Shown here one piece after another: positions 22,083-35,889 of a DNA stretch of 64,000 nucleotides. A model generated the notes under the pieces. It was not told the origin of the DNA. It did no database searches and saw nothing but the letters and a program-made list of their open reading frames with translations. The first letter of the stretch is position 1. Every line of letters starts with the position of its first letter. A program made the translations under genes and the position numbers. The stretch covers positions 23,434,232 to 23,498,231 of the forward strand of contig NC_069004.1 of NCBI RefSeq assembly GCF_001194135.2, read 5' to 3'. This stretch comes from Octopus bimaculoides (taxonomy: Eukaryota).

Positions 22083-24092
22083 GTGTTGTTCTTGTTTCTG
22101 TTGTGGCCACCATGAGGGCCTCTTGGTATGCAGAAACAAACTGGACACTGGAGAAAACTCTCAACATGGCAAGATTTACTGCATTGCACTACCACCACCA
22201 CCACCACCATCACCCATACTGCATCTTGGAGTTTTAAACCTTGTTGTAAGACATGGTGCTGGTGCAGATTGGATTGTACCTCATTGTATTTAGCAGTCTA
22301 CTTACATGCCATTGACCAACTCAAATCAGGGCTGATCAGGATTATTCTGCAAAAGCCACTACTACTACTACTACTACTACTATGAAGAAAGACATGAAGA
22401 TGACCAAAAAGAAGAAAAGGAAAATGAAGACGAAACAGGTAGGTTGCAATATATTTCATTTTTAAAAAAATTTTATTTTCTAATTATTTTTCACAATTTA
22501 ATTATTACAAGGAATTAAAGAAACAAAATTAAAATAAAAATAAAAGGTGGGGAGAAAGTTAAGCTGTAGAAGATGGAGGGGGAAGGAGCAACAGGCAGCA
22601 CACCCCAGAATAAAGGGTGTGTTCAATTGCGCCCCCATGGTCATGACCGAGGGGCTGTGTTACCCTGGAGAATGGCCAACAACACTTGCTGTAGTAGTTA
22701 CTTCATTTGTTCTNNNNNNNNNNNNNNNNNNNNNNNNNNNNNNNNNNNNNNNNNNNNNNNNNNNNNNNNNNNNNNNNNNNNNNNNNNNNNNNNNNNNNNN
22801 NNNNNNNNNNNNNTAAATCTATTATTTTTATTATAATTCTTCTTCTTCTTTTCAGCAGTTTTTAAATGAGTTTCTCTTGCACCATTCGCCCCCCCCCCAT
22901 CCCATTCCCATCCCTACCCCACTTGCCATGTGTCCAGCATTGTATTTTTCTTTCAAGATATTGTAGAATCATGTTTGTATAAAACTACATCTGTTTTGTT
23001 TTGTTGTTTCTGGTGTTGTTTTAGTGTTTTGTTTGTTGTATTGACTGTGTGTGTGTGTGTGTAGTGTTGTCGTCAGCATCATCATCACCTCATTTTTTTC
23101 TAAATGTCTGTTTTCCATGCTGGTATGGTTTCGCACAGTTCAACAGGACCTGGAAAGCTAGGGGTTGCATCAAACTCTCATGTGGAACATGGACAAAACG
23201 ACCTCGTAATATTTGGTTGTGTCTCTTTTACACAGTGGGTTCAAATCCCACCACACTGCATTGACATTATAACCTCTGGGTTTGCTTCCCCTTATCAAAT
23301 GTGTGATCACATATCTATTTTAGAAATTATTATTATTATTATTATTATTATTGTTAGTGTTATTATAGGTGGTGAGCTGAAAGAATCTTTAGCATGCCGG
23401 GTGAAATGCTTAGCGGCATTTTGTTTGTCTTAACGTTCTAAGTTCAAATTCCGTCAAGGTCGATTTTGCCTTTTGTTCTTTTGAGGATATTCATCCAACA
23501 ATTGGAATAACCACAGTAGCGATTGATAACCAAACTTAGGGGAAGCATTTGTTAGCTGACATCATCCGTAGATGGGTTAATTTCTAAGAAATTAAACCCA
23601 TCAGGTTTCAACTGGACCATTTTTTATTGCTGCCAGTCATAAGTTGGACAGGTCGTAAGTTGATGACAACCTGTACAGCTAAGCATTTTGTCAGTCTTTG
23701 CATTCTGTGTTCAAATTTTGCTGAAGTTACCTTTCATTTTTTCAGGGTTGATGAAATAAGAACCAGTCAAGCATTGGGGGTGGGGGTGATGTAATCACCT
23801 TACCCCCTGCCCCAAACTTTCAGGCCTTGTGCCTATAATAGAAAGGATTATTATTAATTGCAGGGGTAGCAATTTGGCAGAGCTGGATTGAATGCCTTAC
23901 AGTATTTGTTCCAGCTCCTTGGGTTCTGAGTTCAAATCCTGCCAAGGCCAATTATTTGCCTTTCATTCTTTCAGGGTTAATAAATAAGTATTTACTTAAG
24001 CCCATTGCTCTGTATGGATCCTGGACCAGCCACAATTTTTTTTCCACTGTTTTCAACTCTGAGCTGTCTTGTCTGCTTCTTTCTAGTTAGAC

Positions 24093-24673
24093 CAGTGCTT
24101 CTCAACCATTTTCTACTTATGAACCCCTTTGATTCCTATCTTATTCGAATGGACCTTCATAGCCATTTGATGTTTAAAAAACCATATATTCATCATCATC
24201 ATCGTCGTTTAATGTCCGCTTTCCATGGTAGCATGGGTTGGACGATTTGTCTGAGGACTGGTGAAACCAGATGGCTACACCAGGCTCCAATCTGATTTGG
24301 CAGAGTTTCTACAGCTGCATGCCCTTCCTAACGCCTACCACTCCGAGAGTGTAGTGGGTGCTTTTATGTGCCGCCGGTACGAAGGCCAGTCAGGCGGTAC
24401 TGGCAACGGCCATGCTCAAAATGGTGTATTTTATGTGCCACCCGCACAGGAGCCAGTTCGGCAGCACTGGCAACGATCTCACTCGAATGTCTTTACATGT
24501 GCCATCCGGCACAAGTGCCAGGAAGGCGATGCTGGGCACAGGTGCCATGTCAAAAAATTGTCAAAACATTTTGTGTATTGTAGAAGTATAACCAATTTAT
24601 TGCAGATTAATTTTAATGACAAAATCTTATATGGACCTCTAAGGGTCATATGGACCCTGGTTGAGGACCACTG
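24093..24673. mobile_element. hAT-like MITE with 8-bp TSD and a nested family B insertion (~24191-24548, minus)
   Basis: TIRs cagtgcttctcaacc / ggttgaggaccactg; flanks agttagac and ggttagac; the nested element begins with the (CAT)n tail at 24191. Confidence 0.85.
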
Positions 24674-25589
24674 GGTTAGACCCATTTCCTTTTAACCTCC
24701 TTTTGGATTTTTCAGCACCACATCAAATTTCTCTGAGGGAAGGCCTTCATATCCCAGATCTTGTTGGTTTTGAGTTCTCATCAATGCTTCTATAACTTTG
24801 CTTTTTGCTGAGGTTAGGGTTTTGGCCCTACACAAACCGGTTTTTACTTCTTGGAAAAGGTGGTCCATATTAGTTGTCTGGTCTCTATCCTTTGACCCTG
24901 GCTAGCATGGGCTGCCTTACAAGGTGCTTAAGCTCTGTTGGCATAGTTCTTAAGATCATTAGAACACACAAGCTACTTCTCCACAAGAAAGCCTGGACCT
25001 TGTGGTTTACTAATTAAGTACTGGGTTGATATGATTGACTGCTCCCCTCTCCCCAAAGTTCAGGCTTTGTGCTTATGTTAGACAATTATTGTCAACCCTT
25101 TAGCATTCAGATTATTCTGTCTAAAGTAATGCTTATTTATTCACATTCCTTTGAATTACTGATGCATTGTCTTTCTGTGTTGAGATTTTGATGATATACT
25201 TGTTTATTTTTAGTATGATATTGTAGGGTAGGTGTGAGAGGCTGGATCTGACTGGTTTGAATATACAATGAGTAGAATATTTGGGCTAGATATAACCAGT
25301 TAAAATGCTAAACCATTACAGCAGCAAGCTGGCAGAAGTGTCAGAACATTGGACAAAATGCTTAATGATATTTCTTCAAGCTCCTTATGTTCAGAGTTCA
25401 AGGACACACTCACTATCAGGAATTAAATTCACCATTGTCAGGTTATGAGTCAAATGCCCTAACCACGAAGTCACCTTCATGCTAATATTCCACACCAAGC
25501 ACTACCAAAGATAGTCAAAATTCTTTCATCTACCTATCCATATTCTTTTACCCCTGAAGTTTCTACTAGTCACCTCCCACCAACCAATA

Positions 25590-25990
25590 ACCCAATCTTT
25601 CACCAAGATTCTGTCATGCACCCCTGTTCAGATTCAGCCAGCCACTGTCAAGGTTTCTTTATCCACTTTTGCCAAGATTCTGTGAACCATCTACCAATAT
25701 ATTACCATGTACACCTGCCAAGATTTTGCTAAGACTCTGTCAAACATCCTGCTAAGATTCTGCTAGCCACCCGCCAAAATCTTGCCATCCACTCTGCCAA
25801 GGTTTCGCAGACCACCCCTGCTAAGACTGTGTCATTTACCTGCCAAAATTCTGTCAATTATTTCACAAAAATGTTAGAATACACCTCTGCCAAGATTTTA
25901 CTAGTTACCTGCTGCACTAAAATTCTACCTTTCACCCAACATCCTGTTTACCAGCCTCTAAGATTCTGTTATCCATCCCAACCAAGTTTC
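25590..25990. repeat. Cryptic degenerate minisatellite (~20-30-bp unit, core 'gccaagattctg')
   Basis: More than ten variants of ctgccaagattctg / gctaagattctg / gccaaaattctg / gccaagatttt within 400 bp. Confidence 0.65.
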
Positions 25991-26238
25991 CACCCCCCAT
26001 CCACCGTCCCACTCACCTGCCTTCTTTCCAATGTATTTCATGTCTAGAAAGATTTAAAAGCTAATCAGAAACTGGCAGATTTCAACATTGTACATGTTTG
26101 TTAATATGACATTTCTTAATGGGGTACCATGAAGGTCAAAGATAACCCACCCGTAATTCCAAACTTGAAGCTGTAGATTATAATTGTCATTGTTTGATGT
26201 TCTGTTCTGTGACATCCAGCTCTGGTTGAAGACTTTGT

Positions 26239-26276
<38 letters not shown>

Positions 26277-26614
26277 GTAATAATAATAATAATAATAGTA
26301 ATAATAATAATAATAATAATGTACACGAAAATAAAAGGACTATGTGTATATAAATATTTTATATATGTATCATATATNNNNNNNNNNNNNNNNNNNNNNN
26401 NNNNNNNNNNNNNNNNNNNNNNNNNNNNNNNNNNNNNNNNNNNNNNNNNNNNNNNNNNNNNNNNNNNNNNNNNNNNNNNNNNATATATATAGTATACACA
26501 TACACAGATATATGTCTATACACACACACACACACACACACACACATGCATATGTATGTATTTGTATATTGTGACAGTTTAGTTAGTTCCACATGACTTG
26601 TGTGTGTGTGTATG

Positions 26615-26655
<41 letters not shown>

Positions 26656-26926
26656 CGGAGTAAGCACATAAATGTGCAACAAGGTGGAAAACGAGTACTC
26701 ACACACCTATATACAGAGAGAGAATGATATGTAGGCGCACTTATGCATACTTGCACACATGCACACAAAGACCAAATAAGAGCTGCTCAAATGCTCGCAC
26801 ATATGTACATGCAAGCACACATGCATATGTGAATAAGCACACTCACACGCACACACATTGACATATGCATGTGTACATGCTTTCATATATATACACATAA
26901 TGATCAAATGATAAAAAGCTACTCAA

Positions 26927-26957
<31 letters not shown>

Positions 26958-27569
26958 TATAGCCATTCACATGCGGGGTACATGCATCTACACACAAGCA
27001 CACATGCACGCCTCCTACCTACCCACCTACCTACCTTTATCTGCTGCGCAATCATTTAGAAACATGACAGTCTTTGCTCTCTCTGTATTTTGTAGGCCAT
27101 CTCCTCCTCCACCTCCCTCCCTGTCCTCTCCTCCACTTCCATCATCTTCTTCCTCCACCCTCTCCCGTCTCCCCATCATTCTCCACTTCTCTTTCTTCTC
27201 TCCCTCCTCTTCTTCCCCCCCCTCCTCCTCCTTCACTTTACTTTTAACTCTTTCACATCAGCATTTTCCAGTCAGAAATAACGTTTTTCTATGTCACTGC
27301 CACTATTCTGCTAATCCTGACAAAACCAAAAAAAAGAAAAAAAAAACCCCCCCAGGTTTGATTCTGTTAACTGCAGCATTTATAGATCTTGGCAGTTGTA
27401 GTAGCTGTGTAGTTGAGTGTGGTGTAGTGGAGAGGCCATCACCCTTACAACCATAACATCATGGGTCATGGATTGCATTCCAAGACGAGTCGGTGCCTTG
27501 TGTTGTTGAGTAAAACCCGTTGCGTCCACTTCATTCAGCTGTAAACGAGTCCCAAAAACAGCTGGGATT

Positions 27570-28050
27570 TCTTTTATTCTTTTACTTGTTTCAGTCATTT
27601 GACTGTGGCCATGCTGGAGCACCGTCTTTAAAGGGTTTTAGTCAAAGAAATTGACCTCAGGACTTATTCTTTGTAAGCCTTAGTACTTATTCTATCAGTC
27701 TCTTTTGCTGAACTGCTAAGTTATGGGGACATAAACACACCAGCATCGGTTGTCAAGCAATGGTGGAAGGACAAACACACACACACACACACACACACAC
27801 AGATTGGAGCCTGGTGCAGCCTTCTGGCTTGCCAGTCCTCAGTCAAACCGTCCAATCCATGCCAGCATGGAAAGCGGACGTTAAACGATGATGATGATGA
27901 TGATACATACGACAGGTTTCTTTCAGTTTCCGTCTGCCAAAATCCACTCACAAAACTTTGGTCAGCCTGAAGGTATAGTAGAAGACTCTTGCTGAAGGGC
28001 CACGGAGTGGGACTGAACCTGAAACTATGTGGTTGGGAAGCAAGCTTCTG
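27570..28050 (-). mobile_element. SINE family A (minus) with a short family B tail inserted at ~27805-27905
   Basis: Family A 3' module at 27570-27780, (CA)n, family B tail '...ggaaagcggacgttaaacgatgatgatgatgatga', then the family A head at 27915-28050. Confidence 0.8.
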
Positions 28051-28205
28051 TGACAGATTGGTGTTCCGTTTGTGAGGAGGTGTTGAAATCTCACTCATTT
28101 ATATGCCATGAAAATTGGGTTTAGGTGCACCCTTGTGAGACTTAGGGCCCATGACAGACCTAAAACTTGGTAGTGACAGAAGCAGCAGCTTTAACAGCAA
28201 CAGCT

Positions 28206-28248
<43 letters not shown>

Positions 28249-28309
28249 AGGTAGTAATAGTAGCAGTATATAGTTTTATGGTACTGTTGGTGGCTATTTG
28301 TTTATTTTC

Positions 28310-28770
28310 TGTCTTGTACTTGTTTTAGTCATTAGACTCTGGCCATACTGGGGCACCACCTTGAAGAATTTTAGTCGAACAAGTGAATCGACCTGAGTAC
28401 TTTTTTTCTGTTTTTAAGCCTCATACTTATTCCATTGATTTCTTTTGCTGAACGGCTAAGTTACGGGGGATGCAAACACCAACACTGGTTATCAAGGGGT
28501 AGTGGGACAACAAACAAAGACTCAAAGACACACACACACACACACACATATGTATATATTTGTGTGTCTGTGTTTGTCCCCCTCCTACCATCGCTTGACA
28601 ACTGATGCTGGTGTGTTTACGTCCCCGTAACTTAGCAGTTTGACAAAAGGGACTGATAGAATAAGTACTAGGCTTAGAAAAAATAAGTCCTGGGCTCAAT
28701 TTGCTCGACTAAATGCATTGCTCCAGAATGGCCACAGTCATATGACTGAAACAAGTAAAAGAATAAGAGA

Positions 28771-28809
<39 letters not shown>

Positions 28810-29010
28810 GTGTATGTGTGTGTGTTTTGTGTTTGTTCTCCAGCACCACTGAACAACCGGTGTTGGTGTGTTTACATCCCCATAACTTTGTGGTTTGGCA
28901 AAAGAAATCAATAGAAAAAGTACGAAACTTTAAAAAGTACTAGGGTTGATTTGCGAGACTTAAATTCCTCAAGGCAGTGCCCCAGCATGGCCAGTCTAAT
29001 AACTGAAACA
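28310..29010. mobile_element. Cluster of three family A 3' modules (minus 28310-28525; plus 28560-28770; plus 28810-29010)
   Basis: Repeated 'aacttagc.gtt...caaaag..ac.gatagaataagtac' and 'gcatggcc.cagtc..atgactgaaacaagtaaaaga'; the first two copies are inverted relative to each other. Confidence 0.75.
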
Positions 29011-29413
29011 AGTAAAAGATATTTTTATAATCAGATATTAGGAATTGCATTAAAAAAGAAAATCATTAAAATATTTCGTGTATTGTAGAAGAAAACTAAT
29101 TTATTGCAGATAAATTTTAAAAACAAAATCTTATATTGACTCCTAAGGGTCAATATTGAGTCCGGTTGAGAACCCCTGCAATAAAACAGACCTTGTTAAA
29201 AGCATCTGAATGTCAAACAGTGATGTTGGTAACCCTGTTGATGCTTACTCACCTGAGACCAACCCTGGTTCTGTAATACAAACTTCCGCTTTGAAAGTGA
29301 TCTAAACTTAATCCTTCTATCGAAATTTCCATTTAATTTATGTTTCAAACACCAACTTAATAACAACAGATTTATTTTATGGGTTTCTGGCACCCAAAGA
29401 TCAGGGAGTGATC

Positions 29414-29928
29414 TTAACCCTTTTTGACACTAACTCATCTGAGATTGCTGCTAGTTTTATGATAGAAACTTCCTCTTTTAAATTGATTTAATTCAGTGGT
29501 TCTCAACATTTTTTTCTTTTTATTTGTGGCCCCCTTTCATTACTATTTTATTCTGGTGGACCCTGATAGCCATTTGATGTTTTTCTCAAAATTTCGCTTG
29601 TGTAGTTGGAACTGTGTAAAACGTTAAAGAAAGAAACTGAGCTGTTTCTTGCAATAAATAACATCTACAGCAAGATTTTCTTCATGGACCCTTAAAATAC
29701 TACCTTGGATTTCCAATTTACTATTTTGCTTGCATAGATCCCCTAAAATCTTATACAGACCCTGGTTGAGAACCACTGACCTGAATCAAAACCTTACATC
29801 AAAGTTTCAATTTTATGTTCCAGCATCAATTTATTAACAACAAATTCATTTTATTAAACTCCTCGTTATTTTCAAAATAGAAACCAAGATGGTGTATTTC
29901 AAGAGAAATATGGTAATAAAACGGTTAA
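29414..29928. mobile_element. TTAA-flanked MITE with a hAT-like MITE (29494-29778) nested inside
   Basis: Outer 'ttaaccctttttgacac...aaaacggttaa'; inner TIRs cagtggttctcaac / ggttgagaaccactg. Confidence 0.65.
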
Positions 29929-30399
29929 AGTGGTCTAAAATGAAAGCCTTTCTATGAAATTTTCCATTGACTTTATGTTCCAAACATCAGTTATAAAATT
30001 CTTTGTTATTTTCAAAATTAGTTGAAACAAAGGCAGAGTTGTATTTCAATAGAAATTTGATAACAAAAGAGCTAAACCAGGTGATACATTGTTGGTTTTA
30101 ATTTCAATTCCAGCTCATTCCTAATTAAGTAGACTTGTGATCAAAGATGTTCTTGTTAATGACCATTTCGTTAGTTTGTCCCCTTAATGCCAAATGTTTA
30201 ATGAAAGCTATTAATTATTAAATGAAAATAAAACCTCAGCTGAGTAGTATAGGAACTGGAAAACTATTAAAGCTGCCTTGACATATAAATATTTTATTTA
30301 TTTTTATTACCATATTTATATGTGAAGGCAGCTTTAAAATTCATCCTCATCCTTTTCCTCCTCCTCCTCATTTTATGTCCACTTTTTCTTGCTTCCATG

Positions 30400-30650
30400 G
30401 TTCTGAGTTTGATTCCTGGCCGTGTGTTGTGTCCTTGAGCAAGACACTTTATTTCATGTTGCTCTAAGTCTATTCAGCTGGCAAAAACGAGTTGTACTTA
30501 TATTCCAAAGGGCCAGCCTTATCACATGCGGAATCTCCCTGAGAACTACATTAATGGTATGCATGTCTGTGGTGTTCTCAGCCACTTGCACATTAATTTC
30601 ATGAACTGGCTGTTCAATTGGTTGGATCAACTGGAACACCCATCATCACA
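30400..30650 (+). mobile_element. CORE-type SINE
   Basis: 'ggttctgagtttgattcctggccgtgtgttgtgtccttgagcaagacactttatttc' resembles a B-box followed by the CORE domain. A related copy lies at ~47985-48200. Confidence 0.6.
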
Positions 30651-31196
30651 ACCAACAAAATGCCAGTTTTTTTTTCAGACGTGCATGTCTTATTCAATAC
30701 CAACATTTTGCTTTTGATCATCTTTTTTGAGTGTATCTGCTTTATAGTAATTATGATATATTAGTTAACAACTACCTGTGTGCAACGTTTTTAGCATAAA
30801 TGATTGGTTACATTAGAAAACTAAGTCTTTCTTGTAACATTACCAATTTTTTCAATAACCTGACCACAAGTGAATACACTATAAGCATTTTAATAAACAA
30901 ACCCATTTTTAGGTATTTTCTTACCAAGCATTACAGGACTGAGCTTTTGATTTTAATAATATTCAGCAGGATGTTAAATGTTATTAAGCCACTACAAAAC
31001 CATAGACATTACAAACCAGAGCCATGGTGATGCTGTTTGACCACATCCCAAAAAACCTTTGACCATATCCAAAAGAAAGCCATGCACCACTCACTGAGAT
31101 AGTTTCTTCTATTCATTTTCTTGCCTCATTGTCATCTTTGTCCTCCTCTTCACCGTCGCCATTCTTGGAAACTGTGCAGAAACTTATCAAGTGTGG

Positions 31197-31227
<31 letters not shown>

Positions 31228-31244
31228 GCTGTTGATCGTTACCA

Positions 31245-31565
31245 ACGTCGCCTCCCTGGCACTTGTGCCAGTGGCACATGAAAAGACATTCAAACGAGAT
31301 CATTGCCAGTGCCGCTGGACTGGCTCTTGTGCAGGTGGCACATAAAATACACCATTTCGAGCATGGCCGTCGCCAGTACCGCCTGACTGGCCCTTGTGCC
31401 GGTGGCACGTAAAAGCACCCACTACACTCTCGGAGTGGTTGGCGTTAGGAAGAGCATCCAGCTGTAGAAACTCTGCCAAATCAGATTGGAGCCTGTTGTC
31501 GTCTCCTGGTCCACCTGGTCCAACCCATGCTAGCATAGAAAGTGGGTGTTAAACGACGATGATGA
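31245..31565 (+). mobile_element. Family B (RTE 3' UTR) repeat
   Basis: Near-identical to 9280-9618, ending 'gtgttaaacgacgatgatgat'. Confidence 0.8.
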
Positions 31566-31588
31566 TATATATATACATACATGCACAC

Positions 31589-32490
31589 CAGGGGGTACCC
31601 AAAAGAAACCTGAATTTCACAATATTATTTTATTTACATGTTTACACTTTGCCTTCACAGTATTCTCCATTTGAAGCACTGCATCATTCCAGACATGTTT
31701 TCCACAGTTCAAAGCAGTCCTGGAACTCTTGCAAAGTGATGCTTTTTAACACCTCTGTCATTTTTTCCTTCTCCTCTTCCACATCTGCAAAGCATTTTCC
31801 TTTAAGGACATTTTTCATTCAGGGTAGCGAAAAAAAGTCATAGGGAGCAAGACCAGCTTCCACCTGTTCTTTCAGTTCACAACATGCATTCAATCGTGAC
31901 TGCTTTTGATCTTCTGTGAGCAAGTGAGGCACAAATTTTACTGCAACTCTTTCCATTCAGAATTTCTCGCTTAAAATTCGTAGGCAGAAGCTCCAGGACA
32001 CACCAGTCATATTAACAAGTTCATCAGTTGTTCAGCAATGGTCCTCCAAGATCAGTTCATGAATTTTCATGATGCTTTCATTTGTTTGGGGGATCGATAA
32101 TTGCCCTGAACAAGGTTGGTCTTCAAGCAACAAGTGACCATTCCTAAAGCATGAAAACCACTTGTAAACTTGTGTTTTGCTGATGGCAGCATTCTTGGAA
32201 GCTGTTTGAAGTATGACAACTGTTTTGACTGTTGTTTGCCCCAGCAGAAAACAGAATTTCACAGAAGCACACTGTTCCTTCGTTTCAGTTATTGCAAAAA
32301 TTGACAAACAGGGGAGAAGCACTACAAAAAGACACACTACATGGCAGTACGACTCCACTGGTCACCACTGGTCACCACCGGTCAGCAGACTGATGCCAGA
32401 GGGTTGCATCAAGTGATGTCTAGTGGTGGAAATCTGAACTACAATGGGCTTGTCCCTCAGAGAGTGTTTCTAGTTACTTTTGGGTACCTT
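31589..32490 (-). mobile_element. Mariner transposon, internally deleted and inactive
   Basis: TIRs 'cagggggtacccaaaagaaacc' and 'tagttacttttgggtacc'. Minus translation: N-terminal HTH (TETKEQCASVKFCFLLG...SKTQVYKWFSCFRNG), then a jump to LAPYDFF...GKCFADVEE...NGEYCEG. Start ATG mutated to ATA. Confidence 0.88.
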
Positions 32491-33990
32491 ATCATCATCA
32501 TCATCATCGTTTAACATTTACCTTCCATGCTGGCATGGGTGGGATGGTGTGACAAGAGATTCAGACTTAAAATAAATACTGGGGTCAATTTGTTTGACAA
32601 AACCCTTTTGAGGAAGTGCTCCAGCATGGCTGCAGTCCAGTGACTGAAACAAACAAAAGATAAACAATTACCATTATTTAAATGAAGGAGGCAAATCCGT
32701 TTTATTTATATTTTTTAATTTTTTTCAACTATTGGCTTTATTATGTTTTTTTTTTAAATATTTAAATTTTTTTGCAACAAATTTTATTTAATAATAATAA
32801 TTTTTAAAAAAAATTATGCTAGTAAGTTTATTCCACTCTGTTATCTCTTGTAGAGTTGTTGTTGTTGTTGGTGGTCATGCTTTGATTTTGATTGTGTCAA
32901 GTCAGGCCACTGGTTGACTACCTGTTTTCTGGAACTTCCAAGCACCACACCAGTTACATTTGTACAATAATTATTAAATACAAAAAAGTGTGGGGTGGGT
33001 GGGTGAGGGAAATAAACCTTTATTTTTTATAAAAAAACCAAATTCTTCAAATTTTATAGTTGTTATTTGGTGGTGGTGGTGGTGGTGGTGGAGTTGTTAT
33101 TGCAATAATAGTTCTGAGTTTGTTACGCATATTTTCATACATGTACATATCTATGTAATATACGTACAAATATTTAATGCTTAGATATACATACACACTC
33201 AGGCACACATGCACACACATGCAGGCTTATTATACACTTTAGCAAGTTATATACACTCTGAAATATATTTCATGCATATATATATATATATATTCTCATT
33301 CACACACATTGTGTATGATAGCATGTTATATACACATTTATACAATAGTGTATTATACACATGTTATATATAATAGTGTACCTCTGTCCTCATTTTTCAT
33401 GAGTTTGGTTAAAAAACAAAAAAAAAAAAGCCCTGATAACACTGTGTCTTGTCTTTGGTCAGTAAGTATTATTTCCTATTTGCTTCTATCTAGAAATCGA
33501 AGGAATTGACTGCTATTCCCTTCAAACTTTGCTTTTGTCACTTGGACATTAATGTTTTGAAACTGACCTATTTTCCATTACATTTCAGACAGATTCTGCG
33601 CTGAGTTACTGAAGCAGAAATATTGTTATAGCAAATATTCTGCTCAGTACCACAGATTTGCTTGTCATTTGTTTGACCTTAACCACTTGAGCATGTCCCT
33701 TAGTGGCTGACACTATGTGCATCTCTGATCAAGAACAGCAGCAGAGTAGTTGGGGGAGCATCATAGCCATGTGTTGAGAGGGATTCTTTGGGGTTTGAAT
33801 AAAAGCAAAGTTTGAAGGAAATATTAGCCATTTTTCATACGTTCTAGGTGTAAACAAATAGGAAATAACAGTTGCGACCCAAGGACAAAAATCATGTTAC
33901 ACAGTGTAATGAATCCGTGATAAATTAATCATCTCCACTCTCTTTGTAAATGGAACAAATGGTAGAATCATTGACATGAAAAGTGTGGCT

Positions 33991-34217
33991 CACAGCTGTG
34001 AAGCTTCCGCCGTCATTTATTTTCTTGATCATCTCTGTGTTTTCCGGTAGAGAAAAGACTTCAGTAGGGAACGCACTTGTCTTACATCATTTGTTAGGAT
34101 CAGATGCCCTCATATTGGAATAAATATGATACCAAACCCACAGTCCACAGCTGTGGAGCTTCCACTCTCATGTATTTTCTTGTCTGTCTTTACCTTTTCC
34201 TGTAGAGAAAACACTTC
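33991..34217. repeat. Two ungapped 72-bp direct repeats, each starting with the palindrome CACAGCTGTG
   Basis: 33991-34062 versus 34146-34217, 57/72 identical by manual count. Confidence 0.75.
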
Positions 34218-35477
34218 TGGGCTGGTTCTTGAGATGTGTTTTCCTCTCTGCTAGTCCCATGTTCATGGGTGTATGTCTGTATGTAAATTTGTATTAAAAA
34301 AATACACAGCCTCACAGCATGGTTGTATAAGAACAAGCATTCCGGGTCATTACTGGAGTATGTCTTTTTTTGTGGTTAAAAGCAGAATCGTCCCCTGATA
34401 ACTGACCTCTTTTCTCACAGATTAATCCTTGATGAGTGTAACATGGTTCTCTTCACAATTGAGCGTACCGTGTTATTCAGATCAGTGATGAATGAATCAG
34501 TGATAAACAAAGCCGTATTCTTTGCTTTATACACACATGCTGTATATAATAGTGTATTACACACACTTGACTGGTGTTTTAGAACAGTGCTGTCCGATCT
34601 GGGGTTGCCCTTAATTGCTTGGACGTGTTGTGCTGCAAACAGTCTGCAAGCACATGGCTTCATGAAGCCACTGTCATGAAATCAAATCTGACCCTTACCG
34701 CTGCTTTGGTCATCCATACTTGTTGACATTCTAATCCATTGCCAGGTCAATAGCTTCACCAAATCCATTTCAACGTCTTTAATGAGATTGTTATTAACTT
34801 GTAAAGCATGTTTTTTTTGTTTTTTTTAAAACTCTTTAGCATTATTAGCAGATTATTTTGTCAATTAAAATGTTTATTTATTCACATTGTTTTGAATTAA
34901 TCATGCATTATCTTGTAACTTCAACATTTTGATGATTGATTGTTTATTTTTAGAATGACCATTGTTGGGTAGGTGTAAGAGGCCAAATCTGGTCAGTTTG
35001 AACATAAAACAGGTTGAATATTTGGATCAGATCTGGCCAGTTTAAATGTTGAAGGATTAAGTTCAAAATAGTGATAGTGACCAGTTGTATGTTTGGTCTT
35101 TTCAAAATAAATGTCCTCTGAAAATTAATCCATTAAGTGGCAAAATGTTGAGGTCAGAATATACTTTGTGTTGAGGGGACAATGTGTCTTGTGCTGATGG
35201 GTAGTGTGTCTTGTATTGAGGATGTAATTTATTTGGTATTGAGGGCATAATGCATCTTGTGTAATATTTCTTGTGTTGTTGGGGTTTAATATATCTTGTG
35301 TTGAGGGCATGATGCATCTTGCATTGTAGATAACCTGTTATAGAAATGGAAGACAGTTTGAAGGAGACATTGTTGATGATGTCCTCTTGGCACCTTCTTT
35401 CTTTATGCTTGACTTGTTCAACTTTTTTTTTTATTTTGACTGAATATTTTGCACTCAGACTAATTATATTGATTTCA

Positions 35478-35665
35478 GATTTTGGCACAAGGCCAGCAAG
35501 TTTAGGGGAGGCAATAAGTTGATTACATCGACCCCAACATTTAACTGGTACTTATTTTATTGATCCTGAAAGGATGAAAGGCAAAGTCAACCTTGGCACA
35601 ATTTGAACTTAGAACATAAGGACGGACGAAATGCTGCTAAGCATTTTGCCCAATTCTGTCAGCTT
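35478..35665 (-). mobile_element. SINE family C
   Basis: 'ttttggcacaaggccagcaag...gattacatcgaccccaac...aactggtacttattttattgatcctgaaaggatgaaaggcaaagtcaaccttggc'. Confidence 0.8.
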
Positions 35666-35889
35666 GACACCTGTACACAGACTAATTATATTAATAAATG
35701 AATATTGTCTTTGTTAGTGGAACATAGTTTGGTGTTGAACTGGGTCAGACACAAATAATAACAGCTGGTAGTTGGTGGCTCCAGTTTAGGATTGTGGGGT
35801 AACTTAACTGGGGTTAGGAGCAGAACCTGTTGGGCAAATGTCAATGTAGGAACATGTATTTTAGTATGTTATTTGTTGACATATAAGTT

